This document shows, piece after piece, positions 52,611 to 62,714 of a stretch of 64,000 bases of DNA. The stretch is from the NCBI GenBank assembly GCA_963749915.1, contig CAVVOP010000005.1:426182-490181 (forward strand), read 5' to 3'. Position numbers and translations under genes: made by a program. The stretch's first letter is position 1; every line of letters begins with the position of its first letter. The notes beneath the pieces are model-generated. The model did no database searches and was not told where the DNA came from. It saw only the letters and a list, made by a program, of their open reading frames with translations. Source of the stretch: an uncultured cyanobacterium. Its GTDB lineage: Bacteria > Cyanobacteriota > Cyanobacteriia > Cyanobacteriales > Cyanobacteriaceae.

Positions 52611-53819
52611 TTACATTTCTGTGCTTCGCCAACTCAGTTTTAAGTTTAACCAGAAATTCCACACAGTCACAAAAGCGATCGCAATAAAGTTAGCAAGATA
52701 ACGATTTAAACCAAAAACATTAAAGAAGAAATTTAATAATAAAACGTTAAGAATTAATCCAGCAAGACAAATAATATTAAACTTAATTAATCTTTTAATT
52801 TTTTGTTTTTTCCCTGGCTGTTTTTGGGAAATGTCTCTAAAAGTCCAGGCGTCATTCCATAAAAAATTATTAATAATGGCTAATTCTGCCGCCACAATTT
52901 TACTGCGAGTTAGAGGCAAAGCTAAAGTAGTGGGATCACTTAAAAGATATAACATTCCCATATCTACAAAGACCCCACTGAAGCCAACTAATCCGAAACG
53001 AATAAAACGCTCAATTTGCCATAGAGAAAGCCTTAAGCGAATTAAATGGCGGATATAGTCAATATATTGTTTTTTTGTTACCTTACTTTCTCCCTCCTGG
53101 CGCTCTTGAAATACATAGCCAACTTCCCCAATCCAACCGATTTTTCCCCTACCTATGACCTCAATTAGGATTTTGTATCCTAAAGGACTGAGAGTACAAC
53201 CTGATAAACATCGACGACGTACCAAAAAATAACCACTCATGGGATCTGAAACTTTTCCAATTACGCTTGGTAATACAATTAATCCTAAAGTTTGTGCTCC
53301 ACGAGATAAAAAACGACGAATACCACTCCAATCACTAACTCCTCCCCCTTCAACATGACGACTAGCCACTGCTAAATCTGCACCTTTTTCAATCTCTGCC
53401 CATAAATTTAGTAAAGTTTCCGGCGGATGTTGCAAATCAGCATCAATGACTCCGATTATTTGGCCTTTTGCCACTTGCCAACCTCTAATCACAGCTGTAG
53501 ATAATCCTTTTTCTTCTGTGCGTCGCATTACTCTTAATTGAGGATAATTAGGCATTAAATCCAAAGCAATTTCCCAAGTTTTATCGGGACTATTATCATC
53601 AACAATTATTAGTTCATATTGTTGGGGAATTTCCTTATCTAATAGTTGGCTTAATAGTTGAATTAAATAAGGAATATTTTCGCCTTCATTATAAGTAGGA
53701 ATTATTAATGATAACTTAATAGATTGCTCTTGACTATTGATAGAAGTATCTTCAACAGATGAAATTTTCAAACTTCCCGAGGGTACAGATATCAAATTAT
53801 TATAGTTATTGGAATTCAT
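52611..53819 (-). CDS. GT2 (polyprenol-phosphate glycosyltransferase) fused to a GtrA-like domain
   Basis: IIPTYNE, VDDNSPD, DADLQHPP and DPMSGY; C-terminal RFGLVG...NNFLWN..WTF...WNF. Confidence 0.92.
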   Translation of the reverse strand: MNSNNYNNLISVPSGSLKISSVEDTSINSQEQSIKLSLIIPTYNEGENIPYLIQLLSQLLDKEIPQQYELIIVDDNSPDKTWEIALDLMPNYPQLRVMRRTEEKGLSTAVIRGWQVAKGQIIGVIDADLQHPPETLLNLWAEIEKGADLAVASRHVEGGGVSDWSGIRRFLSRGAQTLGLIVLPSVIGKVSDPMSGYFLVRRRCLSGCTLSPLGYKILIEVIGRGKIGWIGEVGYVFQERQEGESKVTKKQYIDYIRHLIRLRLSLWQIERFIRFGLVGFSGVFVDMGMLYLLSDPTTLALPLTRSKIVAAELAIINNFLWNDAWTFRDISQKQPGKKQKIKRLIKFNIICLAGLILNVLLLNFFFNVFGLNRYLANFIAIAFVTVWNFWLNLKLSWRSTEM

Positions 53820-53903
53820 ATTCTATTTGTTCTAAACCGACTTGACAATTGACGACAGAATACTTTAAGACACGGTTGCATTCCCTTTGGGAAGATGATA
53901 TTC

Positions 53904-55445
53904 TTACAATATTTTATACAAGGTCCACTTGCCAAAACGACTGATTTCTCGTAGATTGTGTTCTCTGGAAGCATCTTTATACTCAGATGATTGTAAGAGG
54001 AGGTAGCCAATATTTTGTGCTTTTAACAACTGATAATTGAGATCTGAACCAAGGGCATACTTTGGCTTAACATAGGCTTCATAAATTTCTTCATAGTTTT
54101 CTTTCCAATAATTTTTCCTCCCGCCCAAGTAGACTGCTACCTTAACAGGATCATTGCCTGTCTGCAAGATAAACTGTTCGGGCATATTCGATGCCACCAT
54201 CACATTCAGATATGGTAGAGATTCACTTTCAATAAGCACTTTTTGAGAATCTTGACTGAAAACCTTCCTCAAATATAAACCTGTCTGAAAATCCTCCTGC
54301 ATCCGTAAGTGTGCCCTATTGTAAAGATAATGATTCTGAGCCATAAAGGGCAACATACACAGAAGTACTGAAATTACAAGAACCTGCTTTGCTCGAGAGT
54401 TTGTAAACCGATCAGAGAATCTCTTTAGTACATAGGCAGCAAAGGGTAGTATTAGCAATGTCCAGGTTCCGCCCATCCTCCACCAAGCAGCACCCGCAAC
54501 ACTTTTCGTTATAAGACTAACGAATGTGAGGATTAACAGTGGGCTAAAAAGAAGACTGCCCCAAACTCGTAAAGCTCTATCACGATTACCCATTACCAAC
54601 AATGCGATAAATCCTCCAATTAAGATTGGAGCCATTACGAGATCTCGTAAAAACTGCGTTAAAGGAAGATTTCTAAGCAAAGTAGAGGTTTTCATACCAA
54701 TGGCAATAGCTTGCATCCTCGTAATAGAAAGATTACTCAGACTGCCATAACTAGCCCAGGAATTGATTACCCAAAAACCCGGAAACATGATGAGAATAAT
54801 GGCATTGAAAGAAAACAAGCGTAAGGATATTTGACGACTAAATATCAACCGATATGTTAAAAATAACAGAAATACTAAGCTAAAGAAACAACCCTCATAC
54901 CGGACAGTTGAAGCTAAAAAGAAGCAGGTTGAGACACCTATAACCTGCCAATCCTTTTCCTCTCTAAGCCAGCGGATCAAAAATACGCTTCCTAAAATAA
55001 TAAAGAAGTAGAAGTAGATTTCAGCCATTGGAGCAATGCTAAGAAGAAATCTATGTGGAACATAAATGCTTAGAAAAGCGGTCAAAATATCAATGATTTT
55101 ATTCTGAAAAAGAGTTTTTGATAAAAGTATGAGGGCACCTAAAGTTAATAAACCAAAGACCATTGTCATAAGCCTTGGTGCGAAAAGCAGATCGTCATAG
55201 ACCTTAAGAAATAAGCCGGTAATAATTTTATAAAATGGCGGCCAAATAAAAGGTTCTAGAGCTGTTTTGAGTGTTAAATTATCTGACATTAATGAGCGAG
55301 CACTTTCATCATAAACAAGGCTATAGAATCCTTTTGCAAAAAGCATATATTGGCTGATGATTGCCAATAAAAATGCTAAGCCCAGTAAACCATAATAGGT
55401 TCTCAGGGATATGGTCAAATTCGGGAAATTTTTATAATTTTTCAT
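53904..55445 (-). CDS. Multi-pass membrane protein, probable GT-C (ArnT/PMT-like) glycosyltransferase
   Basis: About 11 TM segments, DE in the first loop, WPPFY and RYE motifs. Confidence 0.7.
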   Translation of the reverse strand: MKNYKNFPNLTISLRTYYGLLGLAFLLAIISQYMLFAKGFYSLVYDESARSLMSDNLTLKTALEPFIWPPFYKIITGLFLKVYDDLLFAPRLMTMVFGLLTLGALILLSKTLFQNKIIDILTAFLSIYVPHRFLLSIAPMAEIYFYFFIILGSVFLIRWLREEKDWQVIGVSTCFFLASTVRYEGCFFSLVFLLFLTYRLIFSRQISLRLFSFNAIILIMFPGFWVINSWASYGSLSNLSITRMQAIAIGMKTSTLLRNLPLTQFLRDLVMAPILIGGFIALLVMGNRDRALRVWGSLLFSPLLILTFVSLITKSVAGAAWWRMGGTWTLLILPFAAYVLKRFSDRFTNSRAKQVLVISVLLCMLPFMAQNHYLYNRAHLRMQEDFQTGLYLRKVFSQDSQKVLIESESLPYLNVMVASNMPEQFILQTGNDPVKVAVYLGGRKNYWKENYEEIYEAYVKPKYALGSDLNYQLLKAQNIGYLLLQSSEYKDASREHNLREISRFGKWTLYKIL

Positions 55446-55544
55446 ATCTTTCAAGTTGAGTTTCTCGAATTCTCAACATAACTTTTCTACTTTCTTTAGC
55501 ATCTTTGTTTTTGGCTCAATAAAATTTAGATGCGTTTGCCCTGG

Positions 55545-55623
55545 GAAGCCACCACCCTCAACAATATTGGTAGAGTCTATGATGACTTGGGAGAGAAACA
55601 AACATCCTTGGACTACTACTCCA
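55545..55623 (+). pseudogene. Orphan single TPR-repeat fragment
   Basis: Encodes EATTLNNIGRVYDDLGEKQTSLDYY, matching the repeat unit of cyanobacterial TPR(-CHAT) proteins. Confidence 0.7.
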
Positions 55624-55761
55624 ACAATTACCAAAAACAGGGGTGAAACTATAATGATTTCGTTAATAAATTAGAGTTTCTGGAGATGTCTATTGATAAA
55701 GACTTCTTTGTCTGATGGTGGGGGGTACCCACCAAGTTTGATTAATTTCTTATTTCAAGAA

Positions 55762-56973
<1,212 letters not shown>

Positions 56974-56995
56974 TTACTAAACAACTCCTTCGGTT

Positions 56996-57274
56996 TTAAG
57001 CTTCTTGAGTGTTAGCAGTACCAGCACCAACTAAAGGGGCAACAACTCCGATGGGGGAAATGTTAACAATGTGCCCACCTAAACGGTTAATCCGAGTCAT
57101 GGCTTGATTCATGCGAGAATAAGGCACAGCAATAAAAGTATTACCGCTTTGACGAATGGGATAGTTTAAGTTATTGTCACCTTGTTGACCAATACCACTT
57201 ACTTCAAACAAAAAACGACGTTCTTCAACGGCAGGATCATTAGCGAAAGTTTTAACAGCTTTTGTACTTCTCAT
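56996..57274 (-). CDS. Stand-alone CpcD-like linker-domain protein, paralogue of the PetH N-terminus
   Basis: 51/76 identical to PetH residues 1-76 with no gaps; has its own AGGAG SD and stop codon. Confidence 0.88.
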   Translation of the reverse strand: MRSTKAVKTFANDPAVEERRFLFEVSGIGQQGDNNLNYPIRQSGNTFIAVPYSRMNQAMTRINRLGGHIVNISPIGVVAPLVGAGTANTQEA

Positions 57275-57630
57275 AGCCTTAATATACTCCTATTTTTATG
57301 AAAGTAAAGTAAAATTTGTCTTAAATCGCTTATCATGTCAACTTTTCACCACATAAACTGTATGAGTGAAAGAAGAAACAAAATATAAGCTCAATGTAAA
57401 TCTTACCAAAACAAGACCGCAAAAAATAGACTTTTGATAATTGACAATGGCTAAAATGCCTCAAGTTTAATTAAAGGTCAATTTTAGACATTGTTACCAC
57501 CTTTTCATGGCGATGGCGTTTTAAGAAAACCGAATATTGCAAGTTGTTAAGAAAGCCCGATGGAACTCGGTAACGAAATTATAATATACCTAGCTATCAT
57601 TTACCATTAAAGCAAAAGCAAAAAAAAGAA

Positions 57631-58995
57631 ATGACGATCGCCACTATCAACCCCACCACAGGGGAAACTCTACAAACTTTCACACCTCTAACCAGTCAAG
57701 AGATAAAAAATAAAATAGGTTTTGCGATGTCTGCCTTCCAAGATTATCGTCTCACATCACTAAAATTTCGGGGGGAAAGATTACTTAAGGCGGCGGAAAT
57801 GTTAGAAGCTGATAGGGACAAATGGGCACATTTAATGACGATAGAAATGGGTAAACCAATTAAACAAGCCATTGCTGAAATTACTAAATGTGCTTTAGTT
57901 TGTCGTTTCTATGGGGAAAATGGGGAGAAATTTTTGAACCCCAAATATATCAAAACTGATGCTAGTAACAGTTACGTTACCTATCAACCCTTAGGCGTAA
58001 TTTTGGCGGTGATGCCTTGGAATTTTCCTTTTTGGCAGGTGTTTCGTTTTCTTTCCCCTGCTTTAATGGCTGGCAATGTGGGATTACTCAAACACGCTTC
58101 TAATGTGCCTCAATGTGCTTTGGCTATTGAATCTATTTTATTGTCGGCTGGTTTTCCTGAAGGGGTTTTTCAAACTTTACTGATCGAATCTTCTCAGGTA
58201 GAAGGGGTTTTAAGAGACAGCAGAGTTAAAGCCGTTACTCTTACGGGTAGTGAATTGGCAGGAAAAAGTGTCGCCTCGATCGCGGGGGCAGAATTGAAAA
58301 AATCAGTGTTAGAATTGGGCGGTAGTGATCCTTTTATCGTCTTGGAAGATGCCAAAGTAGAGGAAGCGGTGGAAGTGGCAGTTACGGCGAGAATGTTAAA
58401 TAATGGTCAGTCTTGTATCGCCGCCAAAAGATTTATCCTTGTTGATTCCATCGCCGAAAAATTCCAACAACTATTACTAGAAAAATATCACAATCTCACC
58501 ATGGGTGATCCCCTCAACCCAAATAACGATATAGGTCCCTTGGCAACCCCCACCATTCTTAGGGATATCGCGAATCAGGTGACAAAAACTGTCGAAATGG
58601 GTGCTAAGGCACTAATTGGTGCAAAAGCTTTAGAGGGCAAAGGTAATTTCTACCCTCCCACTATTTTGACGGATATTCCTGTTAACTCTCCGGGAATGAG
58701 TGAAGAATTTTTTGGACCTGTGGCGTTATTATTTAGAGTTAGTGGTCTTAAAGAGGCGATCGAATTATCCAATAGTACCATCTTTGGGTTAGGTGCATCA
58801 ATATGGACAAATAATGAGGAGAATATCAAAATAGCTGTCAGAGATATAGAATCAGGTGCAATATTTATCAATGGATTGGTGAAATCTGACCCCCGTTTAC
58901 CCTTCGGAGGGACTAAATGTTCAGGTTACGGCAGAGAACTCAGCATAGAGGGAATGCACGAATTTGTCAATATAAAAACAGTTTGGCAAAAATAA
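57631..58995 (+). CDS. gabD: Succinate-semialdehyde dehydrogenase (NAD(P)+)
   Basis: [39 protein letters not shown] and PFGG.K.SGYGRE. Confidence 0.88.
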   Translation: MTIATINPTTGETLQTFTPLTSQEIKNKIGFAMSAFQDYRLTSLKFRGERLLKAAEMLEADRDKWAHLMTIEMGKPIKQAIAEITKCALVCRFYGENGEKFLNPKYIKTDASNSYVTYQPLGVILAVMPWNFPFWQVFRFLSPALMAGNVGLLKHASNVPQCALAIESILLSAGFPEGVFQTLLIESSQVEGVLRDSRVKAVTLTGSELAGKSVASIAGAELKKSVLELGGSDPFIVLEDAKVEEAVEVAVTARMLNNGQSCIAAKRFILVDSIAEKFQQLLLEKYHNLTMGDPLNPNNDIGPLATPTILRDIANQVTKTVEMGAKALIGAKALEGKGNFYPPTILTDIPVNSPGMSEEFFGPVALLFRVSGLKEAIELSNSTIFGLGASIWTNNEENIKIAVRDIESGAIFINGLVKSDPRLPFGGTKCSGYGRELSIEGMHEFVNIKTVWQK

Positions 58996-59007
58996 TAATT
59001 GGGATTT

Positions 59008-59244
59008 TTAGAATGTAAATCGACCGGCACCAGTTAAAACCATAAAACCCAACTCAGTGACTTCTCGAGCAAAATCCTTGGCTGACTGATATTCTTGACT
59101 ATTAACAGCAATTCTAGCCGAGCCAAAAATACTAATTTTACGATGGTGACGATAATCAGAAAAAACTCTGAATCCTTTTTCTTAATCTGGTAATTGATTA
59201 AGTTGATGTAAATAACTTTTATTGCCAGGTGTTAATAAAGACAT
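59008..59244 (-). pseudogene. LOG-family pseudogene downstream of trxA
   Basis: MSLL...QLPD*EKGFRVFSDYRHHRKISIFGSAR...EYQSAKDFAREVTELGFMVLTGAG, then truncated; internal stop. Confidence 0.8.
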
Positions 59245-59261
59245 TTTTCACCCATTTAGAA

Positions 59262-59294
59262 AAAAAATTCCCACGTAGCCATCATAACGTGGGA
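59262..59294 (-). terminator. Intrinsic terminator of trxA
   Basis: tcccacgt/acgtggga stem followed by a T-run on the minus strand. Confidence 0.75.
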
Positions 59295-59317
59295 TAGGAT
59301 ATGTTTTAGACCACCGT

Positions 59318-59641
59318 TTAAAGGTACTTTTCTAAAGTGTTAGAAAGAGTTGTTTTCGGCACTGCACCTACAACCATTTCTTGTTTTTGCCCATCTTTAA
59401 ATACCATCAGGGTCGGAATGCTGCGAATTCCATACTGACTAGCAATTTGAGGATTTTCGTCAGTGTTTAATTTAACCACTTTGACTTTATCTTCGTATTG
59501 TTGAGCAATTTCTTCAACTACTGGGGCAACCATGCGACAAGGGCCACACCAAGGCGCCCAAAAATCAACCAATACTGGAAGCTTACTATCTAAAACAACT
59601 TCTTTAAAATCTGCTTCCTTGACTTCTGTCACTTCTGACAT
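59318..59641 (-). CDS. trxA: Thioredoxin (m-type)
   Basis: [12 protein letters not shown] and YGIRSIPT. Confidence 0.97.
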   Translation of the reverse strand: MSEVTEVKEADFKEVVLDSKLPVLVDFWAPWCGPCRMVAPVVEEIAQQYEDKVKVVKLNTDENPQIASQYGIRSIPTLMVFKDGQKQEMVVGAVPKTTLSNTLEKYL

Positions 59642-59772
59642 TTTACTTATCCCTTAACTAGATTATTTGCATTTTAAATACTATCAGATTTTACCATAGC
59701 AAATATTTGATCTCTTGCTCTCAATTATTTCTATAAGTTTACATAGTTTGAACCAAAGACAGTTTTATGATT

Positions 59773-59846
59773 AAAAAGAGAAATCCGCTCCCACAATGTA
59801 AGAGCGGGTTATGGTGTGAGGAGTGAACGGAAACTTTGTCTCCGTC
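59773..59846 (-). ncRNA. yfr1: Yfr1 small RNA
   Basis: Conserved ACTCCTCACAC (59824-59814) between a 5' hairpin (acggagacaaagtttccgt) and a terminator hairpin (ccgctc..gagcgg plus T-run). TAGAAT -10 at 59858-59853. Lies upstream of trxA, its usual position. Confidence 0.92.
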
Positions 59847-60015
59847 ATCTCCATTCTAACTTACTTTTCCGACTCCATGCCTTTAAATTTTGGTTTTCAT
59901 CTAGTTTTTCTATTTTTATCACGTGGATTGGAAATAAGATTCCGCTTTTGTCTCAGCCATCGGTGCTGTAATCGGGATATTAATATTTAATTTAGCATAA
60001 CGATTAAAATTGATT

Positions 60016-60348
60016 TTAAGGTAGAGGTGCATGGTGAACTACATTCAGGGTTTCGATGGTGACTAATCCTTTAGTGACCATCTCCTTGACCATGGGAAGA
60101 AAATCAGCGATCGCCGCCTCAGAATCAATGATCAGCACCAAAATCGGTAATTCCGAGGAGAGTTCGAGAATCCTCGCAGTATGAATTTTCCGAGCATCAC
60201 TCATGCCAAAGCCTTCAATGCCACGAATCACTGTAGCTCCAGCGATACCATGTTTTCTCGCTGCTTCTACTAATGCTAGATACACAGGTTGACCTCGCCA
60301 TTGATCTGATTCGCTAACATAAACAATCAATCGTTGCCAAACTGTCAT
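60016..60348 (-). CDS. DUF190 (PII-like) protein
   Basis: GIAGATV.RGIEGFG...IHT...LELS..LP; adjacent to fluC. Confidence 0.9.
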   Translation of the reverse strand: MTVWQRLIVYVSESDQWRGQPVYLALVEAARKHGIAGATVIRGIEGFGMSDARKIHTARILELSSELPILVLIIDSEAAIADFLPMVKEMVTKGLVTIETLNVVHHAPLP

Positions 60349-60407
60349 AATCTTTTCATATACTATTTAACAATAATATCAATATAAAGCTTTTCATTTA
60401 TTACTAT

Positions 60408-60848
60408 CTAGGGCAATTTTCTAGCTAGATAACTGCCAATTTCCAAACAGATGACTCCTAAAATCGGACTACCAATCCAATACCATAAAGTGATTCCCCA
60501 TTGTCCAGTTGTTAGTAAATTTTTCGTATCTAGTTCATAGGAAGAAAAAGTAGTATAAGAGCCAAGAAAACCCACCGCAACCATTAAACGCACTTCTGGG
60601 GAAATAATAGTTCGCTCTAAAGCCAGTGTCGCAAAAAAGCCTATCAAAAAAGCACCTGAGAGGTTAATCAAAAAGGTACTAAAGGGGAAAGCCGTACCTA
60701 GCCATTGATTAATATTTGAGGTCAAATACCAACGGGTTAAAGACCCCGCCATCGCACCCAAACTAATCGCCAAGGGTACACGCACTTGAGGATGATTAAT
60801 CACCAATTTCCTTAATCTTTGTTTCCACCAGCTTTGATTCGGTCTCAT
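60408..60848 (-). CDS. crcB: Fluoride efflux channel FluC/CrcB
   Basis: GA..GSL.R, FP..T..IN..G and GFLGSYTTFSSY. ATG at 60848 preferred. Confidence 0.93.
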   Translation of the reverse strand: MRPNQSWWKQRLRKLVINHPQVRVPLAISLGAMAGSLTRWYLTSNINQWLGTAFPFSTFLINLSGAFLIGFFATLALERTIISPEVRLMVAVGFLGSYTTFSSYELDTKNLLTTGQWGITLWYWIGSPILGVICLEIGSYLARKLP

Positions 60849-60852
60849 CTTC

Positions 60853-61305
60853 TCAATTTTCCGAGAGCATTTTAGCTCCAAAAATGCCTATTTCCAAGCA
60901 GATTCCCCCTAGTACAATACTACCAACCCCATAACCAAGGGCTTTTTTCCAGCTACCAATTCGCAATAAAGTGGCAATGTCAAGGGTAAAGGTTGAAAAT
61001 GTAGTGTAAGACGCTACAAAACCATAAATAGTGAAGATTTGTAGCTGTGGTGACGAAATAATCCGCTCCAGAGCTAAAGTAGCCACAAAACCCATCAATA
61101 AAGCCCCTGATAAATTAATGACAAATGTACCAAAGGGAAAACGATTACCCAACCATTGAGCTAACCAAATAGTAATGTAGTACCGACTTAAAGCTCCGGG
61201 GACTGCTCCTAAACTAACAGCCAGGGGTTTAATCAATTCCTGATTCTGAGTTAGCACACCAAAAAATTCCCCCAAGAGAGGCAAATTAAACAAATTAAAA
61301 ATCAT
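60853..61305 (-). CDS. crcB: Fluoride efflux channel FluC/CrcB, second paralogue
   Basis: GAVPGALSRY, FPFGTFVINLSG and GFVASYTTFSTF. Confidence 0.9.
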   Translation of the reverse strand: MIFNLFNLPLLGEFFGVLTQNQELIKPLAVSLGAVPGALSRYYITIWLAQWLGNRFPFGTFVINLSGALLMGFVATLALERIISSPQLQIFTIYGFVASYTTFSTFTLDIATLLRIGSWKKALGYGVGSIVLGGICLEIGIFGAKMLSEN

Positions 61306-61369
61306 TAATCCACATGAGGCTTAAACACTTAAACTATAAGGATTTTTGTTTTTATAATAAGGGGATTAT

Positions 61370-62650
61370 TTAAGCAGAAACTAAAGAAAGCTCATTTATC
61401 ACCATAGAAGGAGTATAACAAGAACCGCTCCAAGTTAGATCGTTGCCGACGGATTCGATTCTTTCTAAGGCTCGATAAACGTTTCCGGCTAACATAGTAT
61501 CTTTAATTCTACCGACTATTTGCCCTTCCCTGATGCGATAACCTAAGTCAATATTGAAGGAAAAATCTCCAGAAATATCTGCATCTTCCCCTAAAATTTG
61601 GTCAATAATAATACCATCTTCGATATTGTTGATTAATTCTTCTTGGGATAAATTGCCTTCCTCAATCACTAAGTTAACTAAATCGGGAGTAGGATAACTG
61701 CCTAAACTGGAACGAAAACCGTTGCCGGTATTTGTTATACCCAATTTTTGGGCAGTTTGTTTATCGCTATAAAAACTATTTAAAACTCCTTGATTAATTA
61801 AATTAAGATGTTGAGTAATCGTGCCTTCATCGTCAAAAGGACAATTATAGGGTTGTAAATTCGGTTGTTGACTTAAACTCAGATGGGAAGAAACAACTTT
61901 TTTACCTTGAGATTCACTCCAAGGGGATGATTTATCAAGGATGCTTTTACTGTTTAAGGCTTCGCTAATGGTTTCCCATAAAGTTATCGCCCCATGGGGA
62001 GTAAATAGCACGGGCATTTTACCGTTATTTACCAATGCATTTTTTTCTGCCCATTGTAACCGTTGTAAAACGACATTAATCATTCTGTTTAAGTCTATTT
62101 TGTCATGACTATATTCACCGTCATAAATGCCTAAAAAGTCGTCTTCTCTTACTAATTCAATACCCAAAGATGCACTATAACTATGATCCGTTTGTTGACA
62201 GTATAAACCACGAGAGTTGATAAGTCTCGTTGTTTCCGTTTCCCATTCTATCTCCACATTGGTGATTACTTCAGGATATTTGTCGATGATAGTGGCCATC
62301 GCATTTTTTCCTTGAGAAATTAGGTTATTAAGATCGGGTTCGGCAGCAGAATTGGAATATATTAACTGATTGTGACCGTTTAACAGTGGCTGTTCAGGAT
62401 CATTAAGTTGAGAAATTGCCAAAGCTTTACTAATCAAATTATCAGGGTTAAAGTCACCATAAGCCACTGCTAATCCGGGGCAACCATTAAGCCATAATCG
62501 CAGAGCAATACCTGTGGTTTGTGAGCTTTCGATTTGTTTCAGATGGTTAGCTTCAAAAGAAATTGCTCGGGAATGGGATTGAACTTGATATACTTCTGCA
62601 TCGGAAACACCTTTTTTGAGGGTCAACTCTAATAATTCTTCTGCTAACAT
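61370..62650 (-). CDS. TldD/PmbA family protein (PmbA-like)
   Basis: PFDDEG, TGNGFR, SGDFS..G..I.EG...G..KDTM.AGN. ATG at 62650 preferred; the track gives 62686. Confidence 0.88.
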   Translation of the reverse strand: MLAEELLELTLKKGVSDAEVYQVQSHSRAISFEANHLKQIESSQTTGIALRLWLNGCPGLAVAYGDFNPDNLISKALAISQLNDPEQPLLNGHNQLIYSNSAAEPDLNNLISQGKNAMATIIDKYPEVITNVEIEWETETTRLINSRGLYCQQTDHSYSASLGIELVREDDFLGIYDGEYSHDKIDLNRMINVVLQRLQWAEKNALVNNGKMPVLFTPHGAITLWETISEALNSKSILDKSSPWSESQGKKVVSSHLSLSQQPNLQPYNCPFDDEGTITQHLNLINQGVLNSFYSDKQTAQKLGITNTGNGFRSSLGSYPTPDLVNLVIEEGNLSQEELINNIEDGIIIDQILGEDADISGDFSFNIDLGYRIREGQIVGRIKDTMLAGNVYRALERIESVGNDLTWSGSCYTPSMVINELSLVSA

Positions 62651-62714
62651 AGCCTCATTAAGAAGTCTAATTTTTAATAATGTCAATGATCATAACCTGA
62701 TTTCACCTGAGGGA

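Noticed and set aside
55456..55674. 72-aa track ORF
   Set aside because: The recognisable TPR signal is in a different frame; this ORF has no support.
57507..57570. GGCGATGG as a possible fluoride riboswitch
   Set aside because: It lacks the complementary CGCC and pseudoknot elements, and it is not upstream of the fluC genes.
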